Source of the DNA: Antedon mediterranea
Taxonomy: Eukaryota; Animalia; Echinodermata
Length of the DNA stretch: 64,000 nt
Direction of reading: 5' to 3'
Assembly: GCF_964355755.1 (NCBI RefSeq)
Contig: NC_092676.1
Span: forward strand, 13,284,771 to 13,348,770
Of this stretch, positions 29,301-43,479 are shown piece by piece. The notes under the pieces are model-generated. The model was not told the DNA's origin. It did not search any database and was given only the letters and a program-made list of their open reading frames with translations. The position numbers and the translations under genes are program-made. Positions within the stretch are counted from its first letter, which is position 1, and each line of letters begins with the position of its first letter.

Positions 29301-32300
29301 TTTAGACCATTTTGTGCATTTCGATAAAACTTTTCACACAAAAACATCAAATTGCACAAAATCGTTTTAAACCATTTTAAATCGTTTTAAACCATTTTGA
29401 GCATGTCGATAAAACTTTTCACAAAAAAACATCAAAGTGCACAGAATAGCTTCAAATTGCATTTGGAGACGTTTTAGAGCATTTTGTGCATTTCGATAAA
29501 ATGTGTTAACATAAAAAGACCAAAGTGTTTAGAATATCTTCAAATCACATTTGGAGACGTTTTAGACCATTTTTTGCATTTCGATGAAACTTGGTTACAC
29601 AAAAACATCAAAGTGCTTAAAATCACATTTGAAACCGTTTTAGAGCATTTTGAGCATTTCGATAAAACTTTTCACACAAAAACATCAAAGTGTACAAAAT
29701 AGCTTCAAATCGCATTTAGAGACGTTTTAGATCATTTTGTGCATTTCGAAAAAATTTGTTAACATAAAAAGACCAAAGTGTTTAGAATATCTCCAAATCG
29801 CATTTGGAGACGTTTTAAACCATTTTGTGCATTTCGATGGAACTTGGTTACACAAAAACATCAAAGTGCTTAAAATCACATTTAAAACCGTTTTAGAGCA
29901 TTTTGAGCATTTCGATAAAACTTTTCACACAAAAACATCAAAGTGTACAAAATAGCTTCAAATCGCATTTAGAGAGGTTTTAGACCATTTTGTGCATTTC
30001 GATAAAACTTTTCACACAAAAACATCAAAGTGTACAAAATAGCTTCAAATCGCATTTAGAGAGGTTTTAGACCATTTTGTGCAATTCGATAAAACTTTTC
30101 ACACAAAAACATCAAATTGCACAAAATAGTTTAATATCGTGTTTGAAAACCTTTTAAACCATTTTGAGCATGTCGATAAAACTTTTCACACAAAAATATC
30201 AAAGTGCACAGAATATCTTCAAATCGCATTTAGAGACCTTTTAGACCATTTTGTGCATTTCGAAAAAATTTGTTAACATAAAAAGACCAAAGTGTTTAGA
30301 ATATCTCCAAATCGCATTTGGAGACGTTTTAGACCATTTTGTGCATTTCGATGAAACTTGGTTACACAAAAACATCAAAGTGCTTAAAATCACATTTAAA
30401 ACCGTTTTAGAGCGTTTTGAGCATTTCGATAAACTTTTCACACAAAAACATCAAAGTGCACAAAATAGCTTCAAATCGCATTTAGAGATGTTTAAGACCA
30501 TTTTGTGCATTTCGATAAAACTTTTCACACAAAAACATCAAATTGCACAAAATAGCTTAATACCGTGTTTGAAATCGTTTTAAACCATTTTGAGCATGTC
30601 GATAAAACTTTTCACACAAAAACATCAAAGTGCACAGAATATCTTCAAATCGCATTTAGAGACGTTTTAGACCATTTTGTGCATTTCGAAAAAATTTGTT
30701 AACATTAAAAGACCAAAGTGTTTAGAATATCTCCAAATCGCATTCGGAGACGTTTTAGACCATTTTGTGCATTTCGATGAAACTTGGTTACACAAAAACA
30801 TCAAAGTGCTTAAAATCACATTTGAAACCGTTTTAGAGCATTTTGAGCATTTCGATAAAACTTTTCACACAAAAACATCAAAGTGTACAAAATAGCTTCA
30901 AATCACATTTGAAACCGTTTTAGACCATTTTGAGCATTTCGATAAAACTTTTCACACAAAAACATCAAAGTGTACAAAATAGCTTCAAATCGCATTTGGA
31001 GACGTTTTAGACCATTTTGTGTATTTCGATGAAACTTGGTTACACAAAAACATCAAAGTGCTTAAAATCACATTTGAAACCGTTTTAGAGCATTTTTAGC
31101 ATTTCGATAATACTTTTCACACAAAAACATCAAAGTGTACAAAATAGCTTCAAATCGCATTTGGAGACGTTTTAGACCATTTTGTGCATTTCGATGAAAC
31201 TTGGTTACACAAAAACATCAAAGTGCTTAAAATCACATTTGAAACCGTTTTAGACCATTTTGAGCATTTCGATAAAACTTTTCAGACAAAAAAATCAAAG
31301 TGCACAAAATAGCTTCAAATCGCATTTGGAGACGTTTTAGACTATTTTGTGCATTTCGAAAAAATTTGTTAACATAAAAAGACCAAAGTGTTTAGAATAT
31401 CTCCAAATTGCATTTAGAGACGTTTTAGACCATTTTGGGCATTTCGATGGAACTTGGTTACACAAAAACATCAAAGTGCTTAAAATCACATTTAAAACCG
31501 TTTTAGAGCATTTTGAGCATTTCGATAAAACTTTTCACACAAAAACATCAAAGTGTACAAAATAGCTTCAAATCGCATTTAGAGAGGTTTTAGACCATTT
31601 TGTGCATTTCGATAAAACTTTTCACACAAAAACATCAAAGTGTACAAAATAACTTCAAATCGTATTTAGAGACGTTTTAGACCATTTTGTGCATTTTGAT
31701 AAAACTTTTCACACAAAAACATCAAATTGCACAAAATAGCTTAATATCGTGTTTGAAAACGTTTTAAACCATTTAAGTGCACAGAATATCTTCAAATCGC
31801 ATTTAGAGACGTTTTAGACCATTTTGTGCATTTCGAAAAAATTTGTTAACATAAAAAGACCAAAGTGTTTAGAATATCTCCAAATCGCATTTGGAGACGT
31901 TTTAGACCATTTTGTGCATTTCAATGAAACTTGGTTACACAAAAACATCAAAGTGCTTAAAATCACATTTGAAACCGTTTTAGAGCATTTTTAGCATTTC
32001 GATAATACTTTTCACACAAAAACATCAAAGTGTACAAAATAGCTTCAAATCGCATTTGGAGACGTTTTAGACCATTTTGTGCATTTCGATGAAACTTGGT
32101 TACACAAAAACATCAAAGTGCTTAAAATCACATTTGAAACCGTTTTAGACCATTTTGAGCATTTCGATAAAACTTTTCACACAAAAAAATCAAAGTGCAC
32201 AAAATAGCTTCAAATCGCATTTGGAGACGTTTTAGACTATTTTGTGCATTTCGAAAAAATTTGTTAACATAAAAAGACCAAAGTGTTTAGAATATCTCCA

Positions 32301-35300
32301 AATCGCATTTAGAGACGTTTTAGATTATTTTGGGCATTTCGATGGAACTTGGTTACACAAAAACATCAAAGTGCTTAAAATCACATTTAAAACCGTTTTA
32401 GAGCATTTTGAGCATTTCGATAAAACTTTTCACACAAAAACATCAAAGTGTACAAAATAGCTTCAAATCGCATTTAGAGAGGTTTTAGACCATTTTGTGC
32501 ATTTCGATAAAACTTTTCACACAAAAACATCAAAGTGTACAAAATAACTTCAAATCGTATTTAGAGACGTTTTAGACCATTTTGTGCATTTTGATAAAAC
32601 TTTTCACACAAAAACATCAAATTGCACAAAATAGCTTAATATCGTGTTTGAAAACGTTTTAAACCATTTTGAGCATGTCGATAAAACTTTTCACACAAAA
32701 ACATCAAATTGCACAAAATAGCTTAATATCGTGTTTGAAAACGTTTTAAACCATTTTGAGCATGTCGATAAAACTTTTCACACAAAAATATCAAAGTGCA
32801 CAGAATATCTTCAAATCGCATTTAGAGACGTTTTAGACCATTTTGTGCATTTCGAAAAAATTTGTTAACATAAAAAGACCAAAGTGTTTAGAATATCTCC
32901 AAATCGCATTTGGAGACGTTTTAGACCATTTTGTGCATTTCAATGAAACTTGGTTACACAAAAACATCAAAGTGCTTTAAATCACATTTAAAACCGTTTT
33001 AGAGCATTTTGAGCATGTCGATAAAACTTTTCACAAAAAACATCAAAGTGCACAGAATAGCTTCAAATTGCATTTGGAGACGTTTTAGAGCATTTTGTGC
33101 ATTTCGATAAAATGTGTTAACATAAAAAGACCAAAGTGTTTAGAATATCTTCAAATCACATTTGGAGACGTTTTAGACCATTTTTTGCATTTCGATGAAA
33201 CTTGGTTACACAAAAACATCAAAGTGCTTAAAATCACATTTGAAACCGTTTTAGACCATTTTGAGCATTTCGATAAAACTTTTCACACAAAAACATCAAA
33301 GTGTACAAAATAGCTTCAAATCGCATTTAGAGACGTTTTAGATCATTTTGTGCATTTCGAAAAAATTTGTTAACATAAAAAGACCAAAGTGTTTAGAATA
33401 TCTCCAAATCGCATTTGGAGACGTTTTAAACCATTTTGTGCATTTCGATGGAACTTGGTTACACAAAAACATCAAAGTGCTTAAAATCACATTTAAAACC
33501 GTTTTAGAGCATTTTGAGCATTTCGGTAAAACTTTTCACACAAAAACATCAAAGTGTACAAAATAGCTTCAAATCGCATTTAGAGAGGTTTTAGACCATT
33601 TTGTGCATTTCGATAAAACTTTTCACACAAAAACATCAAAGTGTACAAAATAGCTTCAAATCGCATTTAGAGAGGTTTTAGACCATTTTGTGCAATTCGA
33701 TAAAACTTTTCACACAAAAACATCAAATTGCACAAAATAGTTTAATATCGTGTTTGAAAACCTTTTAAACCATTTTGAGCATGTCGATAAAACTTTTCAC
33801 ACAAAAATATCAAAGTGCACAGAATATCTTCAAATCGCATTTAGAGACCTTTTAGACCATTTTGTGCATTTCGAAAAAATTTGTTAACATAAAAAGACCA
33901 AAGTGTTTAGAATATCTCCAAATCGCATTTGGAGACGTTTTAGACCATTTTGTGCATTTCGATGAAACTTGGTTACACAAAAACATCAAAGTGCTTAAAA
34001 TCACATTTAAAACCGTTTTAGAGCGTTTTGAGCATTTCGATAAACTTTTCACACAAAAACATCAAAGTGCACAAAATAGCTTCAAATCGCATTTAGAGAT
34101 GTTTAAGACCATTTTGTGCATTTCGATAAAACTTTTCACACAAAAACATCAAATTGCACAAAATAGCTTAATACCGTGTTTGAAATCGTTTTAAACCATT
34201 TTGAGCATGTCGATAAAACTTTTCACACAAAAACATCAAAGTGCACAGAATATCTTCAAATCGCATTTAGAGACGTTTTAGACCATTTTGTGCATTTCGA
34301 AAAAATTTGTTAACATTAAAAGACCAAAGTGTTTAGAATATCTCCAAATCGCATTCGGAGACGTTTTAGACCATTTTGTGCATTTCGATGAAACTTGGTT
34401 ACACAAAAACATCAAAGTGCTTAAAATCACATTTGAAACCGTTTTAGAGCATTTTGAGCATTTCGATAAAACTTTTCACACAAAAACATCAAAGTGTACA
34501 AAATAGCTTCAAATCACATTTGAAACCGTTTTAGACCATTTTGAGCATTTCGATAAAACTTTTCACACAAAAACATCAAAGTGTACAAAATAGCTTCAAA
34601 TCGCATTTGGAGACGTTTTAGACCATTTTGTGTATTTCGATGAAACTTGGTTACACAAAAACATCAAAGTGCTTAAAATCACATTTGAAACCGTTTTAGA
34701 GCATTTTTAGCATTTCGATAATACTTTTCACACAAAAACATCAAAGTGTACAAAATAGCTTCAAATCGCATTTGGAGACGTTTTAGACCATTTTGTGCAT
34801 TTCGATGAAACTTGGTTACACAAAAACATCAAAGTGCTTAAAATCACATTTGAAACCGTTTTAGACCATTTTGAGCATTTCGATAAAACTTTTCAGACAA
34901 AAAAATCAAAGTGCACAAAATAGCTTCAAATCGCATTTGGAGACGTTTTAGACTATTTTGTGCATTTCGAAAAAATTTGTTAACATAAAAAGACCAAAGT
35001 GTTTAGAATATCTCCAAATTGCATTTAGAGACGTTTTAGACCATTTTGGGCATTTCGATGGAACTTGGTTACACAAAAACATCAAAGTGCTTAAAATCAC
35101 ATTTAAAACCGTTTTAGAGCATTTTGAGCATTTCGATAAAACTTTTCACACAAAAACATCAAAGTGTACAAAATAGCTTCAAATCGCATTTAGAGAGGTT
35201 TTAGACCATTTTGTGCATTTCGATAAAACTTTTCACACAAAAACATCAAAGTGTACAAAATAACTTCAAATCGTATTTAGAGACGTTTTAGACCATTTTG

Positions 35301-38300
35301 TGCATTTTGATAAAACTTTTCACACAAAAACATCAAATTGCACAAAATAGCTTAATATCGTGTTTGAAAACGTTTTAAACCATTTAAGTGCACAGAATAT
35401 CTTCAAATCGCATTTAGAGACGTTTTAGACCATTTTGTGCATTTCGAAAAAATTTGTTAACATAAAAAGACCAAAGTGTTTAGAATATCTCCAAATCGCA
35501 TTTGGAGACGTTTTAGACCATTTTGTGCATTTCAATGAAACTTGGTTACACAAAAACATCAAAGTGCTTAAAATCACATTTGAAACCGTTTTAGAGCATT
35601 TTTAGCATTTCGATAATACTTTTCACACAAAAACATCAAAGTGTACAAAATAGCTTCAAATCGCATTTGGAGACGTTTTAGACCATTTTGTGCATTTCGA
35701 TGAAACTTGGTTACACAAAAACATCAAAGTGCTTAAAATCACATTTGAAACCGTTTTAGACCATTTTGAGCATTTCGATAAAACTTTTCACACAAAAAAA
35801 TCAAAGTGCACAAAATAGCTTCAAATCGCATTTGGAGACGTTTTAGACTATTTTGTGCATTTCGAAAAAATTTGTTAACATAAAAAGACCAAAGTGTTTA
35901 GAATATCTCCAAATCGCATTTAGAGACGTTTTAGATTATTTTGGGCATTTCGATGGAACTTGGTTACACAAAAACATCAAAGTGCTTAAAATCACATTTA
36001 AAACCGTTTTAGAGCATTTTGAGCATTTCGATAAAACTTTTCACACAAAAACATCAAAGTGTACAAAATAGCTTCAAATCGCATTTAGAGAGGTTTTAGA
36101 CCATTTTGTGCATTTCGATAAAACTTTTCACACAAAAACATCAAAGTGTACAAAATAACTTCAAATCGTATTTAGAGACGTTTTAGACCATTTTGTGCAT
36201 TTTGATAAAACTTTTCACACAAAAACATCAAATTGCACAAAATAGCTTAATATCGTGTTTGAAAACGTTTTAAACCATTTTGAGCATGTCGATAAAACTT
36301 TTCACACAAAAACATCAAATTGCACAAAATAGCTTAATATCGTGTTTGAAAACGTTTTAAACCATTTTGAGCATGTCGATAAAACTTTTCACACAAAAAT
36401 ATCAAAGTGCACAGAATATCTTCAAATCGCATTTAGAGACGTTTTAGACCATTTTGTGCATTTCGAAAAAATTTGTTAACATAAAAAGACCAAAGTGTTT
36501 AGAATATCTCCAAATCGCATTTGGAGACGTTTTAGACCATTTTGTGCATTTCAATGAAACTTGGTTACACAAAAACATCAAAGTGCTTTAAATCACATTT
36601 AAAACCGTTTTAGAGCATTTTGAGCATGTCGATAAAACTTTTCACAAAAAACATCAAAGTGCACAGAATAGCTTCAAATTGCATTTGGAGACGTTTTAGA
36701 GCATTTTGTGCATTTCGATAAAATGTGTTAACATAAAAAGACCAAAGTGTTTAGAATATCTTCAAATCACATTTGGAGACGTTTTAGACCATTTTTTGCA
36801 TTTCGATGAAACTTGGTTACACAAAAACATCAAAGTGCTTAAAATCACATTTGAAACCGTTTTAGACCATTTTGAGCATTTCGATAAAACTTTTCACACA
36901 AAAACATCAAAGTGTACAAAATAGCTTCAAATCGCATTTAGAGACGTTTTAGATCATTTTGTGCATTTCGAAAAAATTTGTTAACATAAAAAGACCAAAG
37001 TGTTTAGAATATCTCCAAATCGCATTTGGAGACGTTTTAAACCATTTTGTGCATTTCGATGGAACTTGGTTACACAAAAACATCAAAGTGCTTAAAATCA
37101 CATTTAAAACCGTTTTAGAGCATTTTGAGCATTTCGATAAAACTTTTCACACAAAAACATCAAAGTGTACAAAATAGCTTCAAATCGCATTTAGAGAGGT
37201 TTTAGACCATTTTGTGCATTTCGATAAAACTTTTCACACAAAAACATCAAAGTGTACAAAATAGCTTCAAATCGCATTTAGAGAGGTTTTAGACCATTTT
37301 GTGCAATTCGATAAAACTTTTCACACAAAAACATCAAATTGCACAAAATAGTTTAATATCGTGTTTGAAAACCTTTTAAACCATTTTGAGCATGTCGATA
37401 AAACTTTTCACACAAAAATATCAAAGTGCACAGAATATCTTCAAATCGCATTTAGAGACCTTTTAGACCATTTTGTGCATTTCGAAAAAATTTGTTAACA
37501 TAAAAAGACCAAAGTGTTTAGAATATCTCCAAATCGCATTTGGAGACGTTTTAGACCATTTTGTGCATTTCGATGAAACTTGGTTACACAAAAACATCAA
37601 AGTGCTTAAAATCACATTTAAAACCGTTTTAGAGCGTTTTGAGCATTTCGATAAACTTTTCACACAAAAACATCAAAGTGCACAAAATAGCTTCAAATCG
37701 CATTTAGAGATGTTTAAGACCATTTTGTGCATTTCGATAAAACTTTTGACACAAAAACATCAAATTGCACAAAATAGCTTAATACCGTGTTTGAAATCGT
37801 TTTAAACCATTTTGAGCATGTCGATAAAACTTTTCACACAAAAACATCAAAGTGCACAGAATATCTTCAAATCGCATTTAGAGACGTTTTAGACCATTTT
37901 GTGCATTTCGAAAAAATTTGTTAACATTAAAAGACCAAAGTGTTTAGAATATCTCCAAATCGCATTCGGAGACGTTTTAGACCATTTTGTGCATTTCGAT
38001 GAAACTTGGTTACACAAAAACATCAAAGTGCTTAAAATCACATTTGAAACCGTTTTAGAGCATTTTGAGCATTTCGATAAAACTTTTCACACAAAAACAT
38101 CAAAGTGTACAAAATAGCTTCAAATCACATTTGAAACCGTTTTAGACCATTTTGAGCATTTCGATAAAACTTTTCACACAAAAACATCAAAGTGTACAAA
38201 ATAGCTTCAAATCGCATTTGGAGACGTTTTAGACCATTTTGTGTATTTCGATGAAACTTGGTTACACAAAAACATCAAAGTGCTTAAAATCACATTTGAA

Positions 38301-41300
38301 ACCGTTTTAGAGCATTTTTAGCATTTCGATAATACTTTTCACACAAAAACATCAAAGTGTACAAAATACCTTCAAATCGCATTTGGAGACGTTTTAGACC
38401 ATTTTGTGCATTTCGATGAAACTTGGTTACACAAAAACATCAAAGTGCTTAAAATCACATTTGAAACCGTTTTAGACCATTTTGAGCATTTCGATAAAAC
38501 TTTTCAGACAAAAAAATCAAAGTGCACAAAATAGCTTCAAATCGCATTTGGAGACGTTTTAGACTATTTTGTGCATTTCGAAAAAATTTGTTAACATAAA
38601 AAGACCAAAGTGTTTAGAATATCTCCAAATTGCATTTAGAGACGTTTTAGACCATTTTGGGCATTTCGATGGAACTTGGTTACACAAAAACATCAAAGTG
38701 CTTAAAATCACATTTAAAACCGTTTTAGAGCATTTTGAGCATTTCGATAAAACTTTTCACACAAAAACATCAAAGTGTACAAAATAGCTTCAAATCGCAT
38801 TTAGAGAGGTTTTAGACCATTTTGTGCATTTCGATAAAACTTTTCACACAAAAACATCAAAGTGTACAAAATAACTTCAAATCGTATTTAGAGACGTTTT
38901 AGACCATTTTGTTTATTTTGATAAAACTTTTCACACAAAAACATCAAATTGCACAAAATAGCTTAATATCGTGTTTGAAAACGTTTTAAACCATTTAAGT
39001 GCACAGAATATCTTCAAATCGCATTTAGAGACGTTTTAGACCATTTTGTGCATTTCGAAAAAATTTGTTAACATAAAAAGACCAAAGTGTTTAGAATATC
39101 TCCAAATCGCATTTGGAGACGTTTTAGACCACTTTGTGCATTTCGATGAAACTTGGTTACACAAAAACATCAAAGTGCTTAAAATCACATTTGAAACCGT
39201 TTTAGAGCATTTTTAGCATTTCGATAAAACTTTTCACACAAAAACATCAAAGTGCACAAAATAGCTTCAAATCGCATTTAGAGACGTTTTATACCATTTT
39301 GTGCATTTCGATTAAACTTGGTTACACAAAAACATCAAAGTGCTTAAAATCACATTTGACCGTTTTAGACCATTTTGAGCATTTCGATAAAACTTTTCAC
39401 ACAAAAACATCAAAGTGCACAAAATAGCTTCAAATCGCATTTAGAGACGTTTTAGACAATTTTGAGCATTTCGATAAAACTTTTTAACATAAAAACACCA
39501 AAGTGCACAAAATAGCTTAATATCGTGTTTGAAGACGTTTTAGACCATTTTGAGCATGTCAATAAAACTTTTGACACAAAAACATCAAAGTGCACCGAAT
39601 AGCTTCAAATCGCATTCGGAGACGTTTTAGACCATTTTGTGATTTTCGAAAAAACTTTTTAACATAAAAAGACCAAAGTATTTAGAATATCTTCAAATCG
39701 CATTTGGAGACGTTTTAGACCATTTGTGCATTTCGATGAAACTTGGTTACACAAAAACATCAAAGTGCTTAAAATCACATTTAAAACCGTTTTAGAGCAT
39801 TTTGAGCATTTCGATAAAACTTTTCACACAAAAACATCAAAGTGTACAAAATAGCTTCAAATCGCATTTAGAGAGGTGTTAGACCATTTTGTGCATTTCG
39901 ATGAAACTTTTCACACAAAAACATTAAATTGCACAAAATAGCTTAATACCGTGTTTGAAATCGTTTTAAACCATTTTGAGCATGTCGGTAAAACTTTTCA
40001 CACAAAAACATCAAAGTGCACAGAATAGCTTCAAATCGTATTTGGAGACGTTTTAGACCATTTTGTGCATTTCGATGAAACTTGGTTACACAAAAACATC
40101 AAAGTGCATAAAATCACATTTGAAACCGTTTTAGACCATTTTGCGCATTTCGATAAAACTTTTCACACAAAAACATCAAAGTGCACAAAATAGCTTCAAA
40201 TCGCATTTGGAGACGTTTTAGACCATTTTGTGCATTTCGAAAAAACTTGTTAACACAAAAACATCAAAGTACACAAAATAGCTTCAAATAGCATTTGGAG
40301 ACGTTTTAGACCATTTTGTGCATTTCGAAAAAACTTGTTAACACAAAACATCGAAGTGCTTAGAATAGCTTCAAATCGCATTTGGAGACGTTTTAGACCA
40401 TTTTGTGATTTTCGAAAAAAATTTTTTACATAAAAACACCAAAGTGCTTAGAAATGCTTCAAATCGCATTTAGAGACGTTTTAGACCATTTTGTGATTTT
40501 CGAAAAAAACTTTTTAACACAAAAACATCAAAGTGCTTAAAATCACATTTTACCGTTTTAGAGCATTTTGAGCATTTCGATAAAATTTTTCACACGCAAA
40601 TATCAAAGTGCACAAAATAACTTAATATCGTATTTGAATGCGTTTTAGACCATTTTGAGCATTTCGACAAAACTTTTTCAAACAAAATATCAAAGTGTAC
40701 AGAATAGCTTCAACTTGCATTTGGAGACGTTTTAGACCATTTTGTGCATTTCGATAAAATGTGTTAACATAAAAAGACCAAAGTGTTTAGAATATCTTCA
40801 AATCGCATTTGGAGACGTTTTAGACCATTTTGTGCATTTCGATGAAACTTGGTTACACAAAAACATCAAAGTGCTTAAAATCACATTTAAAACCGTTTTA
40901 GAGCATTTTGAGCATTTGGGTAAAACTTTTCACACAAAAACATCAAAGTGTACAAAATAGCTTCAAATCGCATTTAGAGAGGGTTTAGACCATTTTTTGC
41001 ATTTCGATAAAACTTTTGACACAAAAACATCAAATTGCACAAAATAGCTTAATACCGTGTTTGAAATCGTTTTAAACCATTTTGAGCATGTCGATAAAAC
41101 TTTTCACACAAAAACATCAAAGTGCACAAAATAGCTTCAAATCGTATTTGGAGACGTTTTAGACCATTTTGTGCATTTCGATGAAACTTGGTTACACAAA
41201 AACATCAAAGTGCATAAAATCACATTTGAAACCGTTTTAGACCATTTTGCGCATTTCGATAAAACTTTTCACACAAAAACATCAAAGTGCACAAAATAGC

Positions 41301-42206
41301 TTCAAATCGCATTTGGAGACGTTTTAGACCATTTTGTGCATTTCGAAAAAACTTGTTAACACAAAACATCGAAGTGCTTAGAATAGCTTCAAATCGCATT
41401 TGGAGACGTTTTAGACCATTTTGTGATTTTCGAAAAAAATGTTTAACATAAAAACACCAAAGTGCTTAGAAATGCTTCAAATCGCATTTAGAGACGTTTT
41501 AGACCATTTTGTGATTTTCGAAAAAAACTTTTTAACACAAAAACATCAAAGTGCTTAAAATCACATTTTACCGTTTTAGAGCATTTTGAGCATTTCGATA
41601 AAATTTTTCACACGCAAATATCAAAGTGCACAAAATAACTTAATATCGTATTTGAATGCGTTTTAGACCATTTTGAGCATTTCGACAAAACTTTTTCAAA
41701 CAAAATATCAAAGTGTACAGAATAGCTTCAACTTGCATTTGGAGACGTTTTAGACCATTTTGTGCATTTCGATAAAATGTGTTAACATAAAAAGACCAAA
41801 GTGTTTAGAATATCTTCAAATCGCATTTGGAGACGTTTTAGACCATTTTGTGCATTTCGATGAAACTTGGTTACACAAAAACATCAAAGTGCTTAAAATC
41901 ACATTTAAAACCGTTTTAGAGCATTTTGAGCATTTGGATAAAACTTTTCACACAAAAACATCAAAGTGTACAAAATAGCTTCAAATCGCATTTAGAGAGG
42001 GTTTAGACCATTTTGTGCATTTCGATAAAACTTTTGACACAAAAACATCAAATTGCACAAAATAGCTTAATACCGTGTTTGAAATCGTTTTAAACCATTT
42101 TGAGCATGTCGATAAAACTTTTCACACAAAAACATCAAAGTGCACAAAATAGCTTCAAATCGCATTTAGAGACGTTTTAGACCATTTTGTGCATTTCGAA
42201 AAAACC
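2328..42206 (+). repeat. Satellite DNA array, block 1 (~87-bp monomer family)
   Basis: Continuous head-to-tail monomers, consensus ttcacacaaaaacatcaaagtgtacaaaatagcttcaaatcgcatttggagacgttttagaccattttgtgcatttcgataaaactt (87 bp; e.g. aaatcgcatt at 3541 and 3628). Recurrent variants are 78 bp (ttggttacac...gtgcttaaaatc), 88 bp (tttgttaacataaaaagacc) and 71 bp (ttggttcacatc). Confidence 0.98.
29400..39120 (+). repeat. 3611-bp higher-order repeat, ~2.7 copies (~43 monomers per unit)
   Basis: Matching ORF-track landmarks recur at an exact 3611 offset (29484/33095/36706; 29737/33348/36959; 30251/33862/37473; 30677/34288/37899; 31347/34958/38569). The private deletion aaaccatttaagtgcacag occurs at ~31767, ~35378 and ~38989. 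Confidence 0.95.
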
Positions 42207-42249
42207 TTTTTTTTTTTTTTATCTTATGTGGGTTCATCCCACTTTTATT
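42207..42249 (-). terminator. LINE 3' end: AATAAA signal, 5-bp stem-loop and poly(A) tail
   Basis: Plus strand: T14 (42207-42220), gtggg-ttcat-cccac (42228-42242), tttatt (42244-42249). On the element strand this reads AATAAA, hairpin, then poly(A) 23 nt after the signal. Confidence 0.75.
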
Positions 42250-43150
42250 TCCATACCACTGTTCTCTTTACATATATTTTTCACTATACACTATACATAT
42301 CATTATATTTACAATGTTTGTTTAATCATCTGTATACATATACTTATTTAAAGAGTTTTATTCATTTGTTTACATATTATCACATTGATTACATAGCTTC
42401 CTCTTTTTAAACATATTATCTGTAACACATTTTCATTAACAAGCTTATTTTTTTTCTTACATAGTTGTTTTTGATTTTTTCATCTACCACATTTTCATTT
42501 AACAATGCATATTCTCTGTTATACTCATTACTTACTACATGTTTACTGTTAACATAATATTGTTCTCATCCTTTAACATTAATATTAATATTTTTGTTCT
42601 TTAATGTTTACAAAACCAGCAGATCCTTTTTTGCATCTATAACTTCTTAAATTTTCATTTAACTTTTTTACTTTCTTCTCTTATGTGGATTCATTCCACT
42701 TTTTTTTTTTACTTATTACATAGTTTCCTCTTTTTATACATATTATCTATAACACATTTTCATTAACAAAGCTTATTTTTTCTTACATAGTTGTTTTTGT
42801 TTTTTTTTCATCTACATGCATATTTATTTCATACAATTATAATACGTTTATGTTTAATAAATCCATCCCATGGGTTTGTCCCATTTTATTTTTCTTTTGA
42901 TTTATCTATGCAAACATATTTTCATTTAAACAATGCATATTCTCTGTTATACTAATTACTTACTAACTTTTTACTGTTAACATTATATTTTCCTCATCCT
43001 TTAACATTGATTTTTTTGATCTTTAAATGTTTACAAAATTTATTTCCAACAGATTATCCTTTTTTGCTTCTACAGTATAACCCATCAAAGTTTCATTTAA
43101 CTTTTTTTTCCTATGTGGGTTCATTCAATTATTTTTTTTTACTTATTATT
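42221..43150 (-). repeat. Imperfect internal tandem duplication in the LINE 3' UTR
   Basis: ~42389-42716 matches ~42717-43147 (ttacatag.ttcctc...catattatct.taacacatttt; aacaatgcatattctctgttatact; tttactgttaacat). The tatgtggRttcat motif recurs at ~42225, ~42682 and ~43112. Confidence 0.85.
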
Positions 43151-43479
43151 TATTCTATTATTTTTTTATACATACATTATCATTTAACAACATTTGTGTT
43201 TAATGATCCATTAAAAAAATTAGACATTTTTTTTTTCTTTTTAACCATTTTATCATTTCAAAATTCCACATGCAGTAAGAATGTGCAAATTACATATATA
43301 CGGTATATACCTATAATATGAAAGCTTTGATGAAAACACTTCCCCACTTAAACCTAAACCTTCTTATCCTTCATCATTTTTTTTTATCATCAATCTATAA
43401 AAAGCTTTTCACATTTTGTCTTTTTGTTTTCAAATCATCAAGGTATACATATTTACAAAACATACAGTATAGTAGCAAG

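Noticed and set aside
2328-42206. CRISPR-like or other repeat-spacer array
   Set aside because: The whole monomer is repeated, with no unique spacers, no cas genes, and a eukaryotic context.
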